Source: Candidatus Thorarchaeota archaeon (lineage in GTDB: Archaea > Asgardarchaeota > Thorarchaeia > Thorarchaeales > Thorarchaeaceae). Taken from it: a stretch of DNA of 43,130 nt. The notes beneath the pieces are model-generated. The model was not told the DNA's origin. It saw only the letters and a list, made by a program, of their open reading frames with translations, and ran no database searches. The stretch covers positions 1-43,130 of the forward strand of contig PRDI01000007.1 of NCBI GenBank assembly GCA_003345595.1, given 5' to 3'. Shown piece by piece: positions 16,944 through 26,087 of the stretch (position 1 is its first letter; the number at the start of each line of letters is the position of its first letter). Both the position numbers and the translations under genes were made by a program.

Positions 16944-18749
16944 ATGAGCCATCAAACTGGGAGAATCGAAAACATAGCTGGGCCGGTTGTCAAGTGCAGC
17001 GGAATTCGTGGTGTGCGCATGTATGAGGTTGTGCGAGTAGGAAAGGAAAAGCTGATTGGCGAGGTAATCGAGGTGGGAGCGAATGAGTTTACGGCACAAG
17101 TGTACGAGGAAACCTCCGGCCTTTGCCCAGGCGAGCCTGTCATTTCCACCGGAGATGCTCTCTCCGTGGAACTGGGACCTGGCTTGCTCGGCTCAATCTA
17201 CGATGGAATCCAACGACCGCTACCAGAGCTGCAGTCTCTTTCAGGTGACTTCATAACCCGAGGCTTGACTGTTGAGGGAGTAAACAAGGAGAAGAAATGG
17301 CCATTCACTCCTTTGGTGAAGGTTGGCGACCACGTCAAACCCGGGGACTTCGTCGGGGAGGTTCCTGAAACCGGCATAATAGTGTCGAAGATAATGACAC
17401 CGCTTGGCGTTGAGGGCGACATAGTGAGTATCGTGCCTGCGGGCCAACATACAGTTCTTGAGCCCGTCTGCAGGGTGAAAGATAGTCGAGGGGATGTACA
17501 CGACATTATCATGATGCAGAAAACGCCTGTACGAGTAGGTCGTCCCTTCAAAGAACGTGTCGGAATGAACACACCGCTGGTTACTGGACAGAGAGTAATC
17601 GACACTTTCATGCCACTAGCGAAGGGTGGTACAGGTGCTATTCCTGGCGGGTTTGGCACGGGAAAGACAGTCACGCTCCACCAGTTCGCGAAGTGGGCCG
17701 ATGCTCAAGTGATAGTATACGTGGGTTGCGGCGAACGTGGGAATGAGATGACTGAGGCTCTTGAAGAATGGCCGAAGCTCAAGGATCCGAAGTCGGGCCG
17801 GCCGCTGATGGAGCGAACCGTACTAATCGCTAATACGTCAAACATGCCTGTGGCAGCACGAGAGGCCTCGATATATGTAGCAGCCACACTAGCGGAATAC
17901 TTCAGAGACCAAGGCTACGATGTCGCTCTCATGGCTGACTCGACCTCTCGCTGGGCCGAAGCCCTGCGCGAAATCTCAGGTCGACTCGGTCAGTTACCTT
18001 CTGAGGAGGGCTATCCGGCCTACTTAGGTTCACGCTTGGCACAGTTCTATGAGAGGGGCGGCCGAGTCAAGACTCTCTGTTCTGGTGAACGGCTCGGCTC
18101 GGTGACAATGTGTGGGGCGGTTTCACCACCAGGTGGTGACTTCTCAGAGCCTGTGACACAGGCCACATTGCGCATAGTGAAGGTCTTCTGGGCGCTGGAC
18201 AAGGACCTCGCGGCAAGGAGGTTCTTCCCTGCCATCAACACATTGACTAGCTACTCGCTATACCACGCGAACCTTGAGAAGTGGCACAGGGAGAACTTGG
18301 GGCCAGACTGGCCTCAGCTTGTGGCCGAGGCAATGGCGCTCTTGCAGAAAGATCAGGAATTGAGAGAGATAGTACAGCTTGTCGGTCCGGACGCACTGCC
18401 CGAGTCGGAGCGTGCGGTTCTCGAGGCCGCAAGGATGATCAAGGAGGACTTTCTCACACAGAGCGCAGTGCACGAGATTGACACGTACTGCCCATTCGGC
18501 AAGACTTATCGCATGTTGAGAATCATCATCATCTTCTCGCGAAAGATGGCCGAAGCAGTCAAGATGGGTGCGCACGTTCGGAGAATACTTGAGTTCAGCA
18601 TACTCGACAACATCGCCAGAATGAAGATTGCACCTTGGGACACGTACAGCAAGACGATGGATGCCATTGAGAGCAAGATGGAGCGAGAGTTTGATGCACT
18701 ATTCAAGGAGATGACGGCATCTAGTGTGCCTTTGCCGGCAGCACCTTGA
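16944..18749 (+). CDS. atpA: A/V-type ATP synthase subunit A
   Basis: [62 protein letters not shown]. Confidence 0.98.
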   Translation: MSHQTGRIENIAGPVVKCSGIRGVRMYEVVRVGKEKLIGEVIEVGANEFTAQVYEETSGLCPGEPVISTGDALSVELGPGLLGSIYDGIQRPLPELQSLSGDFITRGLTVEGVNKEKKWPFTPLVKVGDHVKPGDFVGEVPETGIIVSKIMTPLGVEGDIVSIVPAGQHTVLEPVCRVKDSRGDVHDIIMMQKTPVRVGRPFKERVGMNTPLVTGQRVIDTFMPLAKGGTGAIPGGFGTGKTVTLHQFAKWADAQVIVYVGCGERGNEMTEALEEWPKLKDPKSGRPLMERTVLIANTSNMPVAAREASIYVAATLAEYFRDQGYDVALMADSTSRWAEALREISGRLGQLPSEEGYPAYLGSRLAQFYERGGRVKTLCSGERLGSVTMCGAVSPPGGDFSEPVTQATLRIVKVFWALDKDLAARRFFPAINTLTSYSLYHANLEKWHRENLGPDWPQLVAEAMALLQKDQELREIVQLVGPDALPESERAVLEAARMIKEDFLTQSAVHEIDTYCPFGKTYRMLRIIIIFSRKMAEAVKMGAHVRRILEFSILDNIARMKIAPWDTYSKTMDAIESKMEREFDALFKEMTASSVPLPAAP

Positions 18750-18828
18750 CAAGTCCTACGGTAAGATGCAACCATACTACTGTCTGAGTGGCCTTTATCA
18801 GATGATGTGAATGGCAGACAGATGAGAC

Positions 18829-19419
18829 ATGACGCACCTAGATGAGCTACTGAGTCTGCATCGAGAGATAGAGCAATGTAGACGGTGCCCCCTCTGGAAG
18901 ACTCGCAAGAATGCGGTTCCGGGTGAGGGCTCAGCAGTCGCCGATGTGATGTTCGTCGGCGAGGCTCCGGGCGCTAGAGAAGACGAGTACGGCAGGCCGT
19001 TTGTAGGGCGTTCCGGGGATCTTCTCACAAAGCTACTCGCAGAGATAGGTCTCTCAAGGAATGATGTCTTCATCACATCCATCCTGAAATCCCATCCACC
19101 GAGGAATCGTCCTCCAATCAAGTTGGAGATCGATGCCTGTTTCCCCTATCTTCTGAAGCAGTTCGAATTAATCCAGCCCTCAGTGATAGTCCTTCTTGGC
19201 AGCGTGGCTGTGTCAGCAGTCATGGGTCCGTGGAAGATGTCCGACTGTCACGGCAGATTCTACGAGGGGTCCGACAGGGTCTTTTTCATGACCTATCATC
19301 CTGCAGCGGCACTCAGATTTCCTGAGGTCAGAGAAGTGATGAGGACGGACTTCGCAATCCTGAAGACGCACCTAGACCAAGTGGCAGTTATATCCACCGG
19401 CACAGACTCTGAGTCGTGA
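18829..19419 (+). CDS. udg: Family-4 uracil-DNA glycosylase
   Basis: CRRCPL, VGEAPG, GRPFVGRSG, PPRNRPP, TYHPAAALR. Confidence 0.93.
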   Translation: MTHLDELLSLHREIEQCRRCPLWKTRKNAVPGEGSAVADVMFVGEAPGAREDEYGRPFVGRSGDLLTKLLAEIGLSRNDVFITSILKSHPPRNRPPIKLEIDACFPYLLKQFELIQPSVIVLLGSVAVSAVMGPWKMSDCHGRFYEGSDRVFFMTYHPAAALRFPEVREVMRTDFAILKTHLDQVAVISTGTDSES

Positions 19420-19940
19420 AACTCCTAGAAGTGTTCCTAACGTCGGTTTCCATGCTTCAGACACCGCTTCAATTTCAGGTTTTTCCATCATGGTGGTTTT
19501 CCTTACTCGAAACAGTTCTGAATGCGGCATATGCCATTACCATCAGGGGATACTTACTCATTGTTTTGATTGGGCTCATGCTCTATATGACTGGCCTGTG
19601 TGATGAACTTGGCAAGATACTTGTTGTCGGGGGCGTGGGGATCTACTTTGTTGGCCCTTATCTTGTTAGCCTCTTGGCGACTGTAGCCGGCATTGAACCC
19701 ATAACACTTGAGAGCGCGACGAGCGCGTGGCTGAAAGTCTTCGCAATGAGTGACAGCGAGCTGATTGCACTGATTGTGACCCTGGCCGAGGTCCTTGCAG
19801 CCATCTGCTGTGTGGCTGGAGCAATAATGTATCTTGTTCCATCATCAAACGAACTAAAGTCTAGGGGGCAGTCATTGATTGTCAGAGCGCTGATTCTTGC
19901 CCCGGTCTTGGTGTTCTTTCAAGTGTCCCCTTGGATATAG
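19416..19940 (+). CDS. Membrane protein with two tandem helical hairpins (possibly VirB2/TrbC pilin-like)
   Basis: Start overlaps the udg stop (GTGA). Two similar units: LIVLIGLMLYMTG..ELGKILVVG and ICCVAGAIMYLVP..SRGQSLIVRA. Confidence 0.72.
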   Translation: MKLLEVFLTSVSMLQTPLQFQVFPSWWFSLLETVLNAAYAITIRGYLLIVLIGLMLYMTGLCDELGKILVVGGVGIYFVGPYLVSLLATVAGIEPITLESATSAWLKVFAMSDSELIALIVTLAEVLAAICCVAGAIMYLVPSSNELKSRGQSLIVRALILAPVLVFFQVSPWI

Positions 19941-20025
19941 TCTATTCATCTCGACATAACTCTTAAATGAATGCCACGACTCCGGCGGGACGTGGATTGA
20001 CCGTGCACCTTGGGTGAACACACCG

Positions 20026-21426
20026 ATGGCAGACAGGTCCTCAATCGACTATCGAACGGTTTCTGACGTGAGTGGTCCCCTGCTTATCGTACAGAACACA
20101 CACAATGTGGGCTATAACGAGGTCGCGAGGATTCGATCACCCTCAGGGGAGTTGTTGACAGGGACTGTGCTTGAAACAGGTCACGGCAAGGCTATCATCC
20201 AAGTCTTTGAGGGCACCAGCGGGTTGGACACCGATCTGACATCAGTACGTTTCGTGGGCGAAACACTGAAGCTGCCAGTTTCCACTGAGATTCTTGGACG
20301 AGTTTTGGATGGGTCGGGAAACCCACTGGACAAGGGTCCTCCTCTGACAGCAGAAGATCACTGGGACATAAACGGCTTGCCAATCAACCCTTACGCACGT
20401 CAGTACCCACGGCAACCGATTCAGACAGGTCTTTCAGTAATCGATGGGCTCAACACACTTGTCCGCGGTCAGAAGCTGCCGATCTTCTCGGGCTCTGGAC
20501 TGCCCCACAACAGGATTGCTGCACAGATAGTCAGGCAAGCAAAGATTCCTGGTGAGGAGGGTCAGTTTGCCATAGTGTTTGCTGCAATGGGGATTACTGC
20601 AACTGAGGCCCAGTATTTCATGAACTCCTTCGAGGAAACAGGCGCGCTTGAACACACGACTATGTTCTTGAACTTGGCTAATGATCCTGCAATCGAACGC
20701 ATTATTACACCCAGGGCAGCATTGACAGCGGCCGAGTATCTAGCATATCAAGCGGACATGCACATTCTAGTAATACTGACTGACATGACAAACTACGCAG
20801 AGGCTCTGCGTGAGATAAGCGCTGCAAGGTCTGAGGTTCCAGGCCGCCGCGGATACCCGGGGTACCTATACACAGATCTCAGCCTGATTTATGAGCGCGC
20901 GGGACGCATCCACGGCAGAAAGGGAACAATAACACAGATGCCTATACTGTCAATGCCACAGGACGACATGACACATCCTATCCCTGACCTGTCCGGGTAC
21001 ATCACCGAAGGCCAACTCCCACTGAGTAGAGGGTTGCACAGGCGCGGAATCTACCCGCCGATAGACCCCGGCCCATCACTGAGTCGTCTGATGAAGGAGG
21101 GTATCGGTGAGGGGATGACTCGTTTCGACCATAAAGAGATACAGGCACAGCTCTACTACTGTTATTCCGAAGGCAGGGACTTGAGGGACCTCGTTGCCGT
21201 CGTAGGGTCAGAAGCCCTGACAGATCGTGACCAGAAATATCTGAAGTTCGCTGACAGGTTCGAACAGGAATTCATTAACCAGGGAGAGTCTGAAGACCGG
21301 TCGTTCGAGCAGACTTTGGACCTAGGATGGACCCTACTCAGCGAGTTTCCTGAGAGGGAACTCAAGAGATGCGACCCGCAAACTATCTCTTGGGCCAAGG
21401 AGAAAGGTGTCTACAAGCCTGCATAA
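20026..21426 (+). CDS. atpB: A/V-type ATP synthase subunit B
   Basis: [60 protein letters not shown]. Confidence 0.98.
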   Translation: MADRSSIDYRTVSDVSGPLLIVQNTHNVGYNEVARIRSPSGELLTGTVLETGHGKAIIQVFEGTSGLDTDLTSVRFVGETLKLPVSTEILGRVLDGSGNPLDKGPPLTAEDHWDINGLPINPYARQYPRQPIQTGLSVIDGLNTLVRGQKLPIFSGSGLPHNRIAAQIVRQAKIPGEEGQFAIVFAAMGITATEAQYFMNSFEETGALEHTTMFLNLANDPAIERIITPRAALTAAEYLAYQADMHILVILTDMTNYAEALREISAARSEVPGRRGYPGYLYTDLSLIYERAGRIHGRKGTITQMPILSMPQDDMTHPIPDLSGYITEGQLPLSRGLHRRGIYPPIDPGPSLSRLMKEGIGEGMTRFDHKEIQAQLYYCYSEGRDLRDLVAVVGSEALTDRDQKYLKFADRFEQEFINQGESEDRSFEQTLDLGWTLLSEFPERELKRCDPQTISWAKEKGVYKPA

Positions 21427-21473
21427 TCGCATCAGATGGACATGACATACCACACAGCTAAGATTGCGACAGC

Positions 21474-21812
21474 TTACTCAAGGCCAAAGCGCAGGTAGTG
21501 GTCCCTCTCCTTCTTCGCTCCGAAGCTTCTGAGCCCCTCCGACCTCAGCTTCTTCTTGATCTCCGATGCTTCCGACTCACTGATCTCTCTTCTCTTGACC
21601 ATGAAGTCGATGATCTCAACTGCTTGGGACTCTGTATCGCATCTCCGTATGTAGTCCACCACATCAGGCATGAATGTCTGTTCAGTACCTGACTCACCAG
21701 ACTTCTCAGAATCGGTACGGACTCCTTCTACTTTGTAGACCTTGGTCTTTCCTTCTTCCAGTTCCTCGCTGAGTGCAGGGAAGTCTTCGCCAAGTTCTTT
21801 CTTTCTAGCCAT
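21474..21812 (-). CDS. DUF2095-like conserved archaeal protein
   Basis: FPALSEEL, PDVVDYIRRCDTESQAVEIIDFM, GLRSFGAKKE..HY. Confidence 0.8.
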   Translation of the reverse strand: MARKKELGEDFPALSEELEEGKTKVYKVEGVRTDSEKSGESGTEQTFMPDVVDYIRRCDTESQAVEIIDFMVKRREISESEASEIKKKLRSEGLRSFGAKKERDHYLRFGLE

Positions 21813-21917
21813 GGTCCACCACCAGACCCTACGAGATGCTATTGATCCTGGCGTGTCTGAGAGAACAGTCTGTGAAACGCCTTATGAACATTCGGCTGAC
21901 GGCTTTCCGTGATTGTT

Positions 21918-23447
21918 TCACTGGTTCTTTATGAAGTCCCAGGGAAGATGCCCATCTATGCGCCGTGTGTCGCTGGCCATGGATAGAATCGGGACTCCCG
22001 ATTCTCTCTCCGCTCTCCTCCATCCCCCATAACCTCCGTACCTCGCTGCCAATAGTATTGCTTTTCCGAGCGATCTGTCACCGATGGACAGGGCCGCCTG
22101 AATGCGCGCGCTTCTGGGATCGAGCGCTTCAAACTCGACACGTTTTGTACTGCGTAGCCCTCTCTCAACGATTCTGATCTTGGCACGCATGTTCTCAATT
22201 GATGGCTGCGCTTCACGCTCCCAATCTGTATGTGCCTTTGGTATGAATGGGTTCAAGCTGACTGTTACTCTCATGCCGCTCATCTTGACTAAGCGTTCCA
22301 CCATCGTCACGATGGTCTTCACGTCCTCGTCAGTCTCTCCGGGCAATCCTATCATGAAGTAGAGCTTCAGGGCGGCGAAGCCCGCCTTCGCTGCCATCTG
22401 CACTGTGTTCTCAATCTCATCATCAGATAGTGTCTTCCCTGCTGACCTCCTCAGTTTCTGCGACCCCGTTTCAGGAGCTATTGTGAAAGTCTTCTGTGCT
22501 CCTCTCACCAAGATGGACAGCAGTTCTCCACTGACAGAGTCTGCTCTTAGGGAGGGCACGGACAGCCCAAGACCTCGGTCCACAATCCATGAGGCTAGGT
22601 CCCCCAAGCCATCGATATCTCCCAGCGAGGAGGCAATTAGTGCAATCTTGTGCACTGGGGTTTCTTGGACTCCCCTTGATATGATATCCTTCAGACGCTC
22701 AAGTGATCTTGATCTCTTGGGTCGGCAGATGTGACCAACTAGACAGAACTTGCAGGAATAGCTACACCCTCTTGTCGTTTCGACAAGCAGCGACCTGCCG
22801 AACACGGGTTCAAGGGTAGAACCCTCCGGCACATCTGGAATGATCTGAGCTGTTGGGTGATACAGGGAATCCAATTGGCTGATTCTGAGCCTGCGCACTT
22901 CGTCCTGTCCAGCCGCAGGGACATACACTCCTTCGATTTCGGCCAATCCCTTGATGATCTCAGAACGCGATGACAGCGAAACCGCTGCATTCACAATCTG
23001 GCTAATGACAAGATCCCCCTCGCCGATCACGAACGCATCCACAAAGTCTGCATAGGGTTCTGGATTGGCGCTGGGTACAGGTCCTCCTACAAGCACAATA
23101 GGATCCGTTTCTGAGCGTTGCTGCGCCATAATCGGTATGTTTCCACTGTCAAGCATTTGGATGAGATTGAGTATGTCCTCTTCGTAGGTGAGTGAGAAGC
23201 CCACGATATGATTCTCCTTCAATGGCCTTCCACTCTCGACGGAATGGCAGGGAGATGCGACATCATACCTGAAGTATCTCTCACACGAAGTGTCCTCTCT
23301 GCCGTTCAATATGGAATAGAAAAGATGTGTAGCAAGACCAGTCATTCCGGCACGATACGTGGACGGGTAGGCATACCCAAAGAGCACGTCTACGTTTCTC
23401 GTGTCCTTGAGAATTGAGTTGAACTCTTTTACACCAGTGGTGGGCAA
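21918..23447 (-). CDS. Radical SAM protein with N-terminal B12-binding-like domain, function unknown
   Basis: YPSTY..GM, GGPVPSANPEP, IGEGD, ETTRGCSYSCKFC, PSLRAD, APETGS, KLYFMIGLPGET, FIPKAHT. TTG 23447 preceded by GAGG is the likely start (ORF open to 23528). Confidence 0.88.
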   Translation of the reverse strand: MPTTGVKEFNSILKDTRNVDVLFGYAYPSTYRAGMTGLATHLFYSILNGREDTSCERYFRYDVASPCHSVESGRPLKENHIVGFSLTYEEDILNLIQMLDSGNIPIMAQQRSETDPIVLVGGPVPSANPEPYADFVDAFVIGEGDLVISQIVNAAVSLSSRSEIIKGLAEIEGVYVPAAGQDEVRRLRISQLDSLYHPTAQIIPDVPEGSTLEPVFGRSLLVETTRGCSYSCKFCLVGHICRPKRSRSLERLKDIISRGVQETPVHKIALIASSLGDIDGLGDLASWIVDRGLGLSVPSLRADSVSGELLSILVRGAQKTFTIAPETGSQKLRRSAGKTLSDDEIENTVQMAAKAGFAALKLYFMIGLPGETDEDVKTIVTMVERLVKMSGMRVTVSLNPFIPKAHTDWEREAQPSIENMRAKIRIVERGLRSTKRVEFEALDPRSARIQAALSIGDRSLGKAILLAARYGGYGGWRRAERESGVPILSMASDTRRIDGHLPWDFIKNQ

Positions 23448-23457
23448 GGTGCAGTCC

Positions 23458-24744
23458 TCAGCTGTCTGTTTCGAGATTGACGATCTTCTTGGGCTCATCA
23501 GACAGGATAAGCTTCCCTGTGGGGACATCCCTGTCTACACCGACACCAATACCTGTACGAGCACCTTGGTGGATCACCACCCCCGGACTGATTAGCGTGC
23601 CAATGCCTGTCTTCACATTGTCCCCAATGATAGCTCCCATTTTGCGGCGGCCCGAACTGACTCTTTCACCCTTGACGGTCACGTGCACAGGCTGATCATC
23701 GTGACGCAGATTTGCAGTGATTGTCCCGGCGCCAAAGTTCGACTTGCGCCCTATGACGGAGTCGCCGACATAGGACAGATGTCCAATGTGTGTGTCCTCC
23801 ATTATGATGCTGTTCTTAATCTCGACCGCATTTCCTACTCTTACGCCTCGACTGAGTGACGTGCTCGGGCGAATGTAGCAGTTTGGTCCTACAACACAGC
23901 CCTCTCCTATGTAGGCTGGTCCCTCAATGTATGCACCACTCTTGATGACGGCTCCTCTCTCCACGATGACATTCCCCTTGATGGTTGCACCATTCTCAAC
24001 CTCGCCGTCAATCCTTCGTACGGCACCCGCTAAGACAAGCTCATTTGCCCTCAGGAGATCCCAAGGTTTCCCTATGTCGAGCCACCATGAAGGGAGCAAA
24101 TAGACTCCAACGATTCTCTGCTTTATCAGCATCATGATTGAGTCGGTTATTTCATACTCGCCGCGCGAAGATAGTCCGGTCTTGTCAATTGCCTGCCACA
24201 TCTCAGGACCAGTTGCGTACACGCCAGCATTGACGAGTCTGCTTGTCAGCTGGTCCTCTCTTGGCTTCTCTACCAACCCCACGGCCCTGTCCTCCTGAGC
24301 TATGACTATTCCATAAGGAGTAGGGTCTTCGACCGGAGTGACTGAGAGAATCGTCCTGAATCTGGCTTTCTCATAAAGGCTGATTAGGCCTGGTATGGTG
24401 TTCGGTCCTACCATCACATCACCATACATCAGAATCAACGGGTCCTGTTTGGCGAACTCGCGGGCGTACACTGCCGCGTGGGCAGTGCCCTTTCTTTCCT
24501 TTTGGAAGGCGTAAGAGATCTTCATCGGAGCCCAGTCATGCGAGTCTATGGCCTCGCGAAGTTCCTCGCCATGGTAGCCATAGACGACCAATGTTTCCGC
24601 TATTCCTGCATCCTTGAGGGCTCTAAGAGTGTGAAAGATCAACGGCTGTCCCGCCACGGGCAAGAGGTGTTTGGGCATGCTTGCAGAGAGCGGCTGCATT
24701 CTTGTGGAGTCGCCTGCTGCCAGTAGGGCTGCCTTCGCTATCAT
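23458..24744 (-). CDS. glmU: Bifunctional sugar-1-phosphate nucleotidylyltransferase/acetyltransferase (archaeal GlmU)
   Basis: LLAAGDSTRMQPL..PK, VEKP, RGEYEITD, hexapeptide repeats, GNAVEIKNS, HLSYVGDS, NFGAGTITANLR. Confidence 0.92.
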   Translation of the reverse strand: MIAKAALLAAGDSTRMQPLSASMPKHLLPVAGQPLIFHTLRALKDAGIAETLVVYGYHGEELREAIDSHDWAPMKISYAFQKERKGTAHAAVYAREFAKQDPLILMYGDVMVGPNTIPGLISLYEKARFRTILSVTPVEDPTPYGIVIAQEDRAVGLVEKPREDQLTSRLVNAGVYATGPEMWQAIDKTGLSSRGEYEITDSIMMLIKQRIVGVYLLPSWWLDIGKPWDLLRANELVLAGAVRRIDGEVENGATIKGNVIVERGAVIKSGAYIEGPAYIGEGCVVGPNCYIRPSTSLSRGVRVGNAVEIKNSIIMEDTHIGHLSYVGDSVIGRKSNFGAGTITANLRHDDQPVHVTVKGERVSSGRRKMGAIIGDNVKTGIGTLISPGVVIHQGARTGIGVGVDRDVPTGKLILSDEPKKIVNLETDS

Positions 24745-24922
24745 ATGTCGCTGGTGAAGTGCGAGGGGTGATAAAGAGTTCGCCATTTGGGACTTCAGAG
24801 GGGGCCTGTGGCGAGGGATATGGTTTTAACTGGGCTGCTGGGACAATTTTCACAGTAGACGCGCTGGCAGTGGGAGAATACCGCGGGTCACGACCGCGAC
24901 ATTATTCCCCAGACGGCGATAA

Positions 24923-24948
24923 GTTAATATACATTAACGTGTGTTAAC
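24923..24948. promoter_or_regulatory. Phased palindromic operator/promoter element
   Basis: GTTAAT-atac-ATTAAC-gtgt-GTTAAC, with TTAA cores at 24924, 24934 and 24944 in the divergent glmU/wHTH spacer. Confidence 0.55.
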
Positions 24949-25008
24949 TACTCAACGTGGAACAGAATCTAGACCACTACAATGGGTTTCGGATTCACAA
25001 TGAGGTGA

Positions 25009-25263
25009 ATGATTACAATGATGACTGATTCGGAACTAGCCGAAGAACTCAAGGAAATGAAGCTGACAAAGAGCCAGATGATAGTGCTAGGCATCCTCAG
25101 AAAGAGCGGTAGGGATGGAGTTACGCCCAAGCAGCTCCTGGACAAGGTTTCGTTTGCCCCAAGGACTGTGAGGTACGCGCTCAGGAAACTACTGAAAAAG
25201 AACCTGATCAAGCGGGTGCCTTGTCTGCAAGACATGCGTCAGTATATCTACACACCAGCATAG
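25009..25263 (+). CDS. Small winged-HTH DNA-binding protein (MarR-like)
   Basis: LTKSQMIVLGIL, TPKQL, RTVRYALRKL, wing PCLQDMRQYIY. GAGGTGA upstream. Confidence 0.88.
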   Translation: MITMMTDSELAEELKEMKLTKSQMIVLGILRKSGRDGVTPKQLLDKVSFAPRTVRYALRKLLKKNLIKRVPCLQDMRQYIYTPA

Positions 25264-25433
25264 TGTCACTAACGGACTAGTGTTTGTCCAGAGTGACTCT
25301 CACCTGAGTTGGCGGGACTTGGAATGATGCGATCCGAAACGGCTTGTTGTCAAACCATGTTTTTGCCTCAGGGCTGTCACGGACGCTGTGACTAGTCCTA
25401 GCCGAACGCCAAGATGAGCGGAGCGAGAACAAG

Positions 25434-26087
25434 ATGAAGAGCCTAGAGGTCCTGACCGGAGAGAAAGCGGCTGCGGCAATACATGCGCTAAATGATGAGT
25501 GCCGAAGGCGTATTCTTGATGCACTCAGGTCAAGAGAGATGCCTACACCAGAGATAGCTGATCTGATCTCCAATAAGGGACATGATCAAGTGAAACCTCA
25601 GACGGTCCGATATCACTTGAAGGAGCTGGAGCGTGCGGGACTGATAGAACAGACAAGATGTGTGCCTGCTGGTGATGACGACACGCACATAATGAAGAAG
25701 GTCTGGAGGGCAACAGCCGAAAGCATATTCATTGCCACCGGAAAGGGGGCCGTGCCTCAGCAAGAAGGCATGGAAGAGCTCGACATAGCCGCCGTGATGC
25801 GCAAACTCGGATTCGAACCTCCTAGCGAAGACTTCGTGAAGGAAACCACGATGAAGTACTTAGAATGGGACTCACTCTGGCGAAGGGGAAAGGAACTCGC
25901 AGACCAGAGTCTCGGTACAATACCCGAGCTCAGTCCGGCTGAGTACTTAGTGCTTAGGAGGCTTCTGAGCGTTGTCCAGCTTCACAACGTGGACTATGCT
26001 CGTTACTGGGAAGTCAGCAAGGAAGTGGCTGACATGTTCAGGAAGGCTTACCTCGAGGGAATTGGCAAGAACCCGGATGTCTACTAG
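25434..26087 (+). CDS. ArsR-type winged-HTH transcriptional regulator with C-terminal helical domain
   Basis: ALNDECRRRILDAL, QTVRYHLKELERAGLIE, KKVWRATA. Confidence 0.85.
   Translation: MKSLEVLTGEKAAAAIHALNDECRRRILDALRSREMPTPEIADLISNKGHDQVKPQTVRYHLKELERAGLIEQTRCVPAGDDDTHIMKKVWRATAESIFIATGKGAVPQQEGMEELDIAAVMRKLGFEPPSEDFVKETTMKYLEWDSLWRRGKELADQSLGTIPELSPAEYLVLRRLLSVVQLHNVDYARYWEVSKEVADMFRKAYLEGIGKNPDVY

Noticed and set aside
16944-18749. Possible intein in atpA (cdc48 and hef also checked)
   Set aside because: Lengths are normal and motifs contiguous, with no insertion at the Walker A sites.
18750-20013. udg plus membrane gene as a mobile element
   Set aside because: No integrase, transposase, terminal repeats or target duplication seen.
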